DNA of 57,060 bases from a virus. Lineage: Duplodnaviria; Caudoviricetes. This document shows positions 18,681 to 26,623 of this stretch, in pieces. The notes beneath the pieces were generated by a model. That model was not told the origin of the DNA and made no database searches. It saw nothing but the letters and a program-made list of their open reading frames with translations. A program made the translations under genes and the position numbers. The number at the start of each line of letters is the position of its first letter. Positions within the stretch are counted from its first letter, which is position 1. The DNA is taken from positions 1 to 57,060 of IMG/VR virus record IMGVR_UViG_3300019093_000011. One strand, given 5' to 3'.

Positions 18681-19586
18681 TTAATCTCTTTCTATTAAAT
18701 CAACTCTATTATGAGTCTGATATACTATTTTAAAAAACTTAGATTGTATACTACCCAAAGAGGCCACACTCAAATCTAAATTATTAACTAATTCTTTTGC
18801 ATAAAAATCTAATCGTTCATCAAGATCAACGTCTTTAACTTGAGCATGCCACATATCTGTTAGGTAATCAAAATCACGTACATTACGATAATCCCAATCA
18901 GTTAAATTGGTCATATAACAGCCTTGTCTAGCACCCATCATAGCCCATAAGCCGTTATTAACATCACTACCAATATTACACCAAATCATTAACCTATGCA
19001 AATTTTTCCAATGTACACCTTCTTTTACAGTGACTTTAGTTAGCTTGGCTCCACGGTCTAAGCTCATTTTTACGCCTTCCCTAAATCCTGCTCGCCATGC
19101 TTGAAAAGGTGTGGCATTGTTATGCACATCACTATAACAACCATTCATTTGAATATATTGGTTATCCCAACAGAAATCAACTTGACCTACACTGTCTTTG
19201 GGATCAGCGTTTTCATGTGTACGCATGTTCATGACGAAATCCACAGTCCAACATTTTAACCCGCCATTGCCATACATTAGGCCATTGATGATATTGTATC
19301 CACTCCAACTGATCACGCTGTTTTCTAAATTGGGATATTTGGTCATGTCTATTTCTATGTTTAGAAAATCTGAACGAACTATATTATCGCCGTCTACTGT
19401 GGTAAATCTTGGAGTTTCACTTAATTGAGCACAGGCTTTGTGGGCACTGTCACTGCCTTTGACCCCATGTACACGCTTGGCCCAAGGCACTTTGGTCAAT
19501 AAATCTGCATAATTTTTCTCAGCATTTGGTTCATCATAACTGAGATATATGATATCATAATCGAGGGGTCTAAATACTTTTGTCAT
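18681..19586 (-). CDS. GT-A fold glycosyltransferase-like protein (GT2-like)
   Basis: IIYLSYDE first strand, GSDSAH..A helix, then VDGDNIV DxD motif. Confidence 0.6.
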   Translation of the reverse strand: MTKVFRPLDYDIIYLSYDEPNAEKNYADLLTKVPWAKRVHGVKGSDSAHKACAQLSETPRFTTVDGDNIVRSDFLNIEIDMTKYPNLENSVISWSGYNIINGLMYGNGGLKCWTVDFVMNMRTHENADPKDSVGQVDFCWDNQYIQMNGCYSDVHNNATPFQAWRAGFREGVKMSLDRGAKLTKVTVKEGVHWKNLHRLMIWCNIGSDVNNGLWAMMGARQGCYMTNLTDWDYRNVRDFDYLTDMWHAQVKDVDLDERLDFYAKELVNNLDLSVASLGSIQSKFFKIVYQTHNRVDLIERD

Positions 19587-20242
19587 ATTTTTGTTCTAAT
19601 ATATTGATATTTTTCAAAGAGTTTTCTTGCATACACACTTACTCTGACTTCATCTTCATCTACTCGATCAAATGGCAATATGCAATAAAAGTTATTGATT
19701 AATTTGGTCATAGGAATTCGTAATGTTTTATATAACACGTTAGGGTCATTAAATTCTGTTAGGTAAATCTCGTAAGTTTGATCAAAATATAATTTTCTAT
19801 CACGTAATGATCGTGCCAGTGTGCCATTAATGAATACTTTCCAGCAAGTTTCTGCATAATCTTGTACGACAGTGATATCGTTAGTGGGATCATAATTTAA
19901 GGGAACGCTTGTATCTACTGTATATGGAAATTGAAATATTACGTCATGAACACTTTGTAATATTTCCTCTTGCTCATCTAATCGAATAAATGTATAGTCC
20001 TTAGCATCTGGACTGAAAATAACTTTATAGTTATGGATAACATCTGTGCCTTCTAATAAGTTTTTAACTTGACTAAAATTCACTGTGACTGATGGCAATG
20101 TCTGATCATTGGCCATATTGGAAATGCCTTTTATTTCACCAGTTTCAGGCTCATAAAAGACAAATCTAAAATCATCTTGTTTAAATTTGTTATTGTAGGA
20201 TTTTAAATCCTCTTCAGTGATGTCCCATTCTACTTGTAACAT
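19583..20242 (-). CDS. Hypothetical protein in the glycosyltransferase block
   Basis: 219 aa, coupled to the flanking GT genes; VFYEPETGEI motif. Confidence 0.7.
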   Translation of the reverse strand: MLQVEWDITEEDLKSYNNKFKQDDFRFVFYEPETGEIKGISNMANDQTLPSVTVNFSQVKNLLEGTDVIHNYKVIFSPDAKDYTFIRLDEQEEILQSVHDVIFQFPYTVDTSVPLNYDPTNDITVVQDYAETCWKVFINGTLARSLRDRKLYFDQTYEIYLTEFNDPNVLYKTLRIPMTKLINNFYCILPFDRVDEDEVRVSVYARKLFEKYQYIRTKI

Positions 20243-21085
20243 TTAGTTAATTCCTGTGATTTTTTCTAATTGATGTATTATGTAATCTGTTAAAAAACTA
20301 TATTCTGTATAATGAAACAAGCCGTGTTGTTGGTAGTTACCTATTTTAAGTTCGCATTTTTTATTGAAATATGCCCCAATACTATCTTGCCAAGACTCAT
20401 TGGGACTCTCCCAATTTTGAATCATAGGCTTCATATGTGTAAAAGTTATGGGAGCATTTTTATGACTGATTAAATTTTCACAATCTAAAATCTTAGCAGC
20501 CAAACTCACTGTGACATCCATACTGGGAAATTTAGGATAATTTACATTGACATAACGTCCATAAAATAACTCCCAATTATTATTGATATCCTCAACCCAA
20601 TTGAAATATTCTTTAGCAAACTCGCTCTTTTTAAAATAAGCAGTGCCAAAATAAAAATTTGGCAAATTGTTACTGTCAAATGTTTTTCTATAGTATCTAC
20701 CAGTTATAGTTTTTCCTCTATAATCTAATACATTACTAGTTAACAATACGTCATAATTTTTTGCATAGTCCCACCAAAGATCTAAATTGGAGAAGGCTAA
20801 CATATCAGCATCTAATACAATAGTTTCATCGTATGGGCTGCAATGATAAAGTTTCCATCTATCTTCTGTCTTAAAGATAGTGTCTGATTTATTTTGATCA
20901 CGCCAAGGAACTGAAACTATTTGATCAAATACCAAACGATATTTGTCAGGAATTTTATTGTCAGTGACCAAGCTTATATCAGCATCAGGCATATGATTTT
21001 TAATACTTAAAGCCAACGCATAGGCAGATCGTGTATATTTTTTTAATTTAGCATCTTCAGCAAAAATTAGAAATCCTTTAGACAT
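20243..21085 (-). CDS. GT-A (GT8-like) glycosyltransferase
   Basis: AYALALSIK, SPYDETIVLDADML (DxD), FTHMK. Confidence 0.75.
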   Translation of the reverse strand: MSKGFLIFAEDAKLKKYTRSAYALALSIKNHMPDADISLVTDNKIPDKYRLVFDQIVSVPWRDQNKSDTIFKTEDRWKLYHCSPYDETIVLDADMLAFSNLDLWWDYAKNYDVLLTSNVLDYRGKTITGRYYRKTFDSNNLPNFYFGTAYFKKSEFAKEYFNWVEDINNNWELFYGRYVNVNYPKFPSMDVTVSLAAKILDCENLISHKNAPITFTHMKPMIQNWESPNESWQDSIGAYFNKKCELKIGNYQQHGLFHYTEYSFLTDYIIHQLEKITGIN

Positions 21086-23390
21086 TTAATTCCTCATTTA
21101 ATATTCTACTAATACTGAATTTATTCATTACATGAACATTGATACCATTAGTTTTCATAACTGTATATTCGCCTCGATACTTTTCTTTTTCAATTAAAAA
21201 TTTCATTTCAGTATCAGTATGTTCAAGCAATATGTCTTTATCAATAGTATAGTATAATTTGCCAGGTAAATTATGTGCCCATGAGCCGTTTTGATATCCA
21301 TTCATAACATGTATTGCAATACTAAAAGCAAAGTCATTTCTATATAAGCTTTGTTCTATTTGATAGACATATCTATAGTAGTTCCAATTTTCTTGTATAT
21401 GATTTAGATAATCAAAGAAAATTTCTGTGTTTTTATTTTTTCTAAAGAAAAACACAGTTGCCCAATAGAAGTCAATACTTTTATCACTTAGGGTAACTAG
21501 TCTTGGATCGTATCTATATCCGCTGAGATCTACAGCTTGTTTATGTATTAGAAAATCGTGTGGTTGTTTCCAGCAATATTGTAATATGTCATTGTTAATT
21601 AGATAATCGCAATCAATGACCAATGTTTCGTCAAATGGACTTAATTCAAAACTTTTAACACGAATATCATTTTTAAATCTTAGTTTTTTATGGGTCATTG
21701 CTCCGTCAAAATATTGACGATATTGAGGCGCACAATCATAAACTAAAAATCTTTCTTTAGTATTTTCCCACAAATCATATCTAATTTTGTCTTTAGTGTT
21801 ATGTGCAAGATCATAATTGATCAATGACATCCACAAAACTCTTTCATGAAATAATATATCACCTTTATTAAATTTGGTTTGCTGCGTTAATTCTTTAACA
21901 TTTTCTAAAACAACATCATATTGAACAAGACTAAATTCTTCTTTTTCTTCATATTCAGTGTGGCATCTATATAAAGTATTTTCATGCCAAACATGTTGTC
22001 CTACTAAGTAAGGCAAATTAGGATACCATTTGTCAATGTCAATACCTTCATAAACTCTAGTAAAATTATCTTCAATTTTATAAGTTTTCTGAATATCAAT
22101 ATTAGTTATGATTTCCTTTTTTCTCAGTCCATTAATATCACTCATCCAAAGACTACGATTAAAAAGAATGGTGTTACCTTTGGTTATTTCTTCTATAATG
22201 TCACCATCTTGAACATTTTCTAATATAATATCATATTGATTGATGCTAAACTCTTCTTTTTCTTCATATTCAGTGTGACATCTATATAAAGTATTTTCAT
22301 ACCATACGTGTTGTCCTGCCAAGTAAGGTAAATTAGGATACCACTTGTCAATGTCAATGCCTTTATAAACTGGCTCAAAATCTTCAATATTGGACGATAT
22401 AGTTTCTTTCTTTATATTAAATTTACTCATCCACAATTTGCGAGCATGTAAGACCACATCGCCTTTGGATAACTCTTCTATAACTTCACCATCTTGAACA
22501 CAATCAATTAATGAAATATATTTGTCTTTGCTAAAAGTTTCACCTTCAGTGTATTGGATAGCGCATCTATATAAAGTATTTTCATGCCATACGTGTTGCC
22601 CTACTAGGTAAGGTAAATTAGGATACCATTTGTCAATGTCAATACCTTCATATACTTTAGTAAAATTGTCTTCATTAATATTGATGATATATTTGGTCTG
22701 AGTTTCCTGTTTTTGTCTATCAATTTTGCTCATCCACAAATTGCGAGCATATAAGACCACATCACCTTTAGTTATTTCCTCTATAGTTTCACCGTCTTGA
22801 ACACGATCAATTAATGAAATATATTTGTCTTTACTAAAAGTTTCACCTTCAGTATATTGTATTGTACATCTATATAAAGTATTTTCATACCATACGTGTT
22901 GTCCTACCAAGTAGGGTAAATTAGGATACCACTTGTCAATGTCAATACCTTCATATACTGGATTAAAATCTTCTTGATTAAAAGAATAGGTTTCCAGTTT
23001 ATCTTCAATAATCTCAAAATCCTTAAGAATCTCAAAATCCTTAAGAATTTTGATTTCCTCAACGTTTTCAATAACCTCAATAGCTTCAATAATCTCAGGG
23101 CCTTCATTGACTTTACGCCATATAGTGCCATTATAAAATGCCAAACTACCTACAGGATATTGCCACGTTGGTGCCCAAGGCTGCACTTCTGCTTCTCGAA
23201 CAACTTTTATGACCATGTCAACATCATCTTTGTAATTGGGGTATTGTTGATATAACCAATCAGCACTGTCTGTGACTAGGGCTACAGGCACGCCCAAATG
23301 CTGTTTTACTTGCCTTGCTGCATTTAAGGCTAATTTAGCATAGTCAATCTGCTCATTGTTTAGAGCATAGATTAGAACTCCTTTGCTCAT
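21078..23390 (-). CDS. GT-A (GT8-like) glycosyltransferase with a large internal insertion of CBM5/12-like repeats
   Basis: N-terminus (GVLIYA..., VALVTD) and C-terminus (SPFDETLVIDCDYL, YRNDFAFS, HVMNK) parallel the adjacent 280-aa GT. About 480 aa of repeats lie between them. Confidence 0.75.
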   Translation of the reverse strand: MSKGVLIYALNNEQIDYAKLALNAARQVKQHLGVPVALVTDSADWLYQQYPNYKDDVDMVIKVVREAEVQPWAPTWQYPVGSLAFYNGTIWRKVNEGPEIIEAIEVIENVEEIKILKDFEILKDFEIIEDKLETYSFNQEDFNPVYEGIDIDKWYPNLPYLVGQHVWYENTLYRCTIQYTEGETFSKDKYISLIDRVQDGETIEEITKGDVVLYARNLWMSKIDRQKQETQTKYIININEDNFTKVYEGIDIDKWYPNLPYLVGQHVWHENTLYRCAIQYTEGETFSKDKYISLIDCVQDGEVIEELSKGDVVLHARKLWMSKFNIKKETISSNIEDFEPVYKGIDIDKWYPNLPYLAGQHVWYENTLYRCHTEYEEKEEFSINQYDIILENVQDGDIIEEITKGNTILFNRSLWMSDINGLRKKEIITNIDIQKTYKIEDNFTRVYEGIDIDKWYPNLPYLVGQHVWHENTLYRCHTEYEEKEEFSLVQYDVVLENVKELTQQTKFNKGDILFHERVLWMSLINYDLAHNTKDKIRYDLWENTKERFLVYDCAPQYRQYFDGAMTHKKLRFKNDIRVKSFELSPFDETLVIDCDYLINNDILQYCWKQPHDFLIHKQAVDLSGYRYDPRLVTLSDKSIDFYWATVFFFRKNKNTEIFFDYLNHIQENWNYYRYVYQIEQSLYRNDFAFSIAIHVMNGYQNGSWAHNLPGKLYYTIDKDILLEHTDTEMKFLIEKEKYRGEYTVMKTNGINVHVMNKFSISRILNEELNV
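21830..22975 (-). repeat. Four ~300-bp tandem coding repeats
   Basis: GGATACCAYTTGTCAATGTCAAT recurs at 22021, 22336, 22621 and 22924, encoding GIDIDKWYPNLPYL(V/A)GQHVW(Y/H)ENTLYRC. Confidence 0.95.
23010..23048. repeat. Perfect 18-bp tandem duplication (ILKDFE x2)
   Basis: AATCTCAAAATCCTTAAG twice, followed by AAT. Confidence 0.9.
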
Positions 23391-23734
23391 TGAGTCAATG
23401 CCTCTACGCTTCTATTCTTTTTAAGCAGTTGATAATCGTTATAATAACTGTTTGAAGCAATAAAATATTGATCAATTACGTCATCTAAAAATTGTTGTAA
23501 ATCACTTACTCTAACTGGCAAGTCGTTGTCGTCAATTACCACAACATCAGTGATATTGCCCATGTCAATAAGAGTTTTCAAAAAAGTGATGAGATCTTTA
23601 GTAATAGTAAATGTGCCACCATTTTGATAGTAGACACAATCAGTATGATATTTTTCTTTTAGGGCTCGTTTTTGATTATTTAGAGTTACCATAAAGTTGG
23701 CAAACTCTAGAGCCTTTTCCAGTCTTTCGTCCAT
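23387..23734 (-). CDS. Hypothetical protein, first gene of the GT/radical SAM operon
   Basis: 115 aa with AGGAG RBS; ATGA-coupled to the GT gene. Confidence 0.8.
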   Translation of the reverse strand: MDERLEKALEFANFMVTLNNQKRALKEKYHTDCVYYQNGGTFTITKDLITFLKTLIDMGNITDVVVIDDNDLPVRVSDLQQFLDDVIDQYFIASNSYYNDYQLLKKNRSVEALTQ

Positions 23735-23737
23735 AGA

Positions 23738-23774
23738 AACTCCTGCATTGTATATTAATTATCTGCTAGGAGTT
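23738..23774 (-). promoter_or_regulatory. RBS-sequestering hairpin with a late-promoter-like GATAATTA (23756-23763) in its loop
   Basis: Minus strand: AACTCCT-A-GCA-[GATAATTAATATACAA]-TGC-AGGAGTT-TCT-ATG; 7+3 bp stem covering AGGAG. Confidence 0.6.
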
Positions 23775-23787
23775 GGTGTTAGAAAAT

Positions 23788-24723
23788 TTATGGACCGCTA
23801 GTGGTAGCTATTGTAGGTGCATTAACTGCCACATTGGTGCCAGTAGCACGATAGTGTTGTACACGACTAGTAGTAGTGCCACCAACAGCTTCGTCAATGT
23901 TATTACTACCAGAGGTAGAATTTCCAGCGTCGTTAAATTTAATAGTCAAGGTTAAAACGGTAGCTGTTCCTGTATTGTTGTTAGCAACATTACAATAAGC
24001 TTCCACACTGAAAATATTATTTGCATAAGTAAGAGTACTGGTACTAGTTAAAATTGTCTGAGCTGAACTAGTTAACCCATACCAACCTATACTAGATCCA
24101 GTAACACCAGCTGTTGTATTAGTATATCCAAATTTTACGGTGCCAATAGTGGATAGAAAATTGACCCAAGCATTGCCTTTTGCAATAGTATCGGCAGCAG
24201 CACCTGATGAACTATGACTAGGAACTATTCTTATTTCTCCGCCTGCATTGAAAAAATATCTAGCATTGGCAGCATCGGCAAAAGTCACGGTCACAATATG
24301 AGTACGTAGTCCATTCCAATTAGTAAAGGTCGGTGTTACCCCGTCTACTGCTGTTGCTTGATTAGCACTTAATATAAATCTATTAGTGTTTAAAGTGTCT
24401 GCTTGAGTTTTATAAGTATTCCATTCGCTATAGCCAATAGTGCCGCCAACTGATATACTGGGTGCTGTACTAGCTGAAAAAGTTTGATGAAAAGAAATCT
24501 TATCCAAGTCAGTTTTTAAATTTTGCATCTGACTGGCTGTTATATTAGTGTCAGCAGCAATTTGACTGCTACTCACTGTTTGTCCATAACCAGTCTGGGT
24601 ACTTAATGTAGCCGCACCACTTCCAGTGCCTAATACATTAGCCACAATAGTTTGAATAGCATTGTAATCTGCTAGATAAATCGCGTCGCCAGTTGCTTTT
24701 GGAAATACACCTGCTGTGGCCAT
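23788..24723 (-). CDS. Virion structural protein, Thr/Ala/Ser-rich (tail-associated)
   Basis: 311 aa, beta-rich composition, ARYFFNAGGEIR motif; follows the fibre genes and has its own late promoter. Confidence 0.6.
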   Translation of the reverse strand: MATAGVFPKATGDAIYLADYNAIQTIVANVLGTGSGAATLSTQTGYGQTVSSSQIAADTNITASQMQNLKTDLDKISFHQTFSASTAPSISVGGTIGYSEWNTYKTQADTLNTNRFILSANQATAVDGVTPTFTNWNGLRTHIVTVTFADAANARYFFNAGGEIRIVPSHSSSGAAADTIAKGNAWVNFLSTIGTVKFGYTNTTAGVTGSSIGWYGLTSSAQTILTSTSTLTYANNIFSVEAYCNVANNNTGTATVLTLTIKFNDAGNSTSGSNNIDEAVGGTTTSRVQHYRATGTNVAVNAPTIATTSGP

Positions 24724-24738
24724 CTTAAATCCTCTCGT

Positions 24739-24746
24739 TATTTATA
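24739..24746 (-). promoter_or_regulatory. T4-type late promoter TATAAATA
   Basis: Exact consensus followed by GAGAGGA RBS and ATG 24723. Confidence 0.65.
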
Positions 24747-26592
24747 AGATTATACATTCTACTAATTTAATGCCGGCTTCAACATTAGTCTCCAGTGCAA
24801 TAGCAAATGTATCATTGTGATTGCCAAATGCCTGTGCTGTACCGTTAGGAGCTGCCACTAGTCTTTGACCTTTGATAACGCTGCCATTAACCTTAACTAA
24901 TACACGACCCTTTAGCGCAACTGCCACTCCGCCCTCTAGTTCATTGTTCATCAAATAAGCTGGATTCTTAGATACAACACCTATGGCACGGAATCCTGTT
25001 TGAGCTGCTGTAACTTCTTTTTCTCCGCCAACCATTAGTACAGTGCCTACTTCATAATTAGCGTCTGGCAAATATTTTTCCGCCAAGTCCGCATATTTTG
25101 CTGTGGTCGAGACTCCATCAAAATTAGTACATTTTAATGTGTTTGTGCTTGGATTATAAGTAAGACTATCATCATCAATTCTTAATGTTTCACTAGTGGT
25201 TTTACCACTAGTAAATGTAACATAATAATTAGTATTTGTGCTAGTAGTATTAGTAATGCCAATGCTGTCAGCTTTAATTGTTACGCCACTAATTAATGTA
25301 CTCAATGAAGTCCAAGTTGGTAAGCCGGACTGAACGGACAATACTTGATTTGGTGTGCCAATGCTTAAAAAATTAGTTAAATTTGGCGAACTTTGATAAA
25401 CTAGTGCCCCGCTAGCACCACCACTGATTGTACCAGTGGCATCTACAAGACCAATAAATCTACGGGCTGTGATATCACCGTTATTATCCCTGACAGCTAC
25501 TGTATTGGCTGTTGCAGCAGTTGCACCAGTTCTATAAGTTCCGCCAACGTTTAAATTGTCTGCTCCAGTAGCAGTTCCACTAATATTGCCATTAAAATTA
25601 ACAGCATATACATTGCTGAATTTATTATCATTTGAACCTATAGTGCTATATTCAGAACCTGGTAATAATGCTAAACCTTGTAATTTAACAGGAATTTTTT
25701 CAGTTGCCCCACCACCCAAAACATTTACTGTAGTTTTAAAAATTATAGATTTATCAGCTGAATTATTTTTAATAACAGTATTAGTGTTATCAATAAACAC
25801 AGCTAAGTCATTAATATCCCCAACAGTAAAGCCTGGATTAAGGAATCTTGTCCGATTATTAAAAATTGGGTTAGATGTTTTTATAAAATCAGTGTCAGTA
25901 AATCCGTTTAGTTTTGCTGCATTAGATGCAGTTCCCCAGTAGATATACCCGCTATCACTAGTAGTAACTCCGCCACTGGGAGTATTAGCTAAAGTAATAC
26001 CTTTTTTGATTACAGTAAATATTGCTTCGGAATTTTCAACTAGATCAGGATCCAGTTGAGTAATAGTTGCTGGGAGCGTAAACGCTGTCTTGCTTATGAT
26101 AAAAATAACTTTACCGTCAATAATGCCTTTAATAATTGGGTGCGGATCGCCATTATTGTCGTCAACGCTGGTACTTTTAAGTTCTGTAGTTTGTGCATTT
26201 TGTACGGCTTGTGGTCCAATAAGAACAAAATTGTCATTTCCAGAGCAACTATATAGTTGATTTGTATCAGTGTTGTACCAAAAATCGCCTATTGATAGCC
26301 CGCTTGGTTTTAAACCGCCTATTTCGGTGCCGCCTGCACTTTTGAATTTATTGCCATCAAAAAACTTTAATTTTTTAACACGGGTATCATACCAAATTTG
26401 ACCTGTGACTTTTCTTGGTGGTTCAGAGCCACTGGCAAAGTTTTCTAAAAGATGTACGATATTTTCATTTTGAACTTCACCGTAGCCGGCATAATTTCTG
26501 CCAATAAGACTGATATCTAATGTATTATCCACTGTGCCATCTTCTACGATTGCTACCAGTGTACCATCATATTTGTTAATATTATATGGCAT
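24742..26592 (-). CDS. Tail fibre protein with C-terminal intramolecular-chaperone-like (peptidase G2/IMC-type) domain
   Basis: Shared fibre N-terminus (LLENFA...GQIWYDT); C-terminal YADLAEKY...IGVVS.NPAYLMN...VALKGRV. Confidence 0.75.
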   Translation of the reverse strand: MPYNINKYDGTLVAIVEDGTVDNTLDISLIGRNYAGYGEVQNENIVHLLENFASGSEPPRKVTGQIWYDTRVKKLKFFDGNKFKSAGGTEIGGLKPSGLSIGDFWYNTDTNQLYSCSGNDNFVLIGPQAVQNAQTTELKSTSVDDNNGDPHPIIKGIIDGKVIFIISKTAFTLPATITQLDPDLVENSEAIFTVIKKGITLANTPSGGVTTSDSGYIYWGTASNAAKLNGFTDTDFIKTSNPIFNNRTRFLNPGFTVGDINDLAVFIDNTNTVIKNNSADKSIIFKTTVNVLGGGATEKIPVKLQGLALLPGSEYSTIGSNDNKFSNVYAVNFNGNISGTATGADNLNVGGTYRTGATAATANTVAVRDNNGDITARRFIGLVDATGTISGGASGALVYQSSPNLTNFLSIGTPNQVLSVQSGLPTWTSLSTLISGVTIKADSIGITNTTSTNTNYYVTFTSGKTTSETLRIDDDSLTYNPSTNTLKCTNFDGVSTTAKYADLAEKYLPDANYEVGTVLMVGGEKEVTAAQTGFRAIGVVSKNPAYLMNNELEGGVAVALKGRVLVKVNGSVIKGQRLVAAPNGTAQAFGNHNDTFAIALETNVEAGIKLVECIIL

Positions 26593-26611
26593 TCCCTAAA
26601 CCCCTTTAGAA

Positions 26612-26619
26612 TATTTATC
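26612..26619 (-). promoter_or_regulatory. Late promoter GATAAATA
   Basis: In the intergenic gap, 19 nt upstream of ATG 26592. Confidence 0.55.
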
Positions 26620-26623
26620 AAAA

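Noticed and set aside
21830-22975. CRISPR array or DGR template/variable repeat pair
   Set aside because: Units are ~300 bp, in frame and protein-coding. There are no unique short spacers, no cas or reverse transcriptase gene, and no evident adenine-specific mismatch pattern.
5044-23734. DNA hypermodification or 7-deazaguanine pathway (QueE-like rSAM)
   Set aside because: No thymidylate-synthase-like, DpdA, QueC/QueD/FolE or nucleotide-kinase genes are present, and the rSAMs are too long and twitch-bearing to be QueE. This is downgraded rather than formally excluded.
23738-23774. Rho-independent terminator reading of the hairpin
   Set aside because: The loop is long (16 nt), the U-tract is short, and the 3' arm is the RBS itself. 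Translational control fits better.
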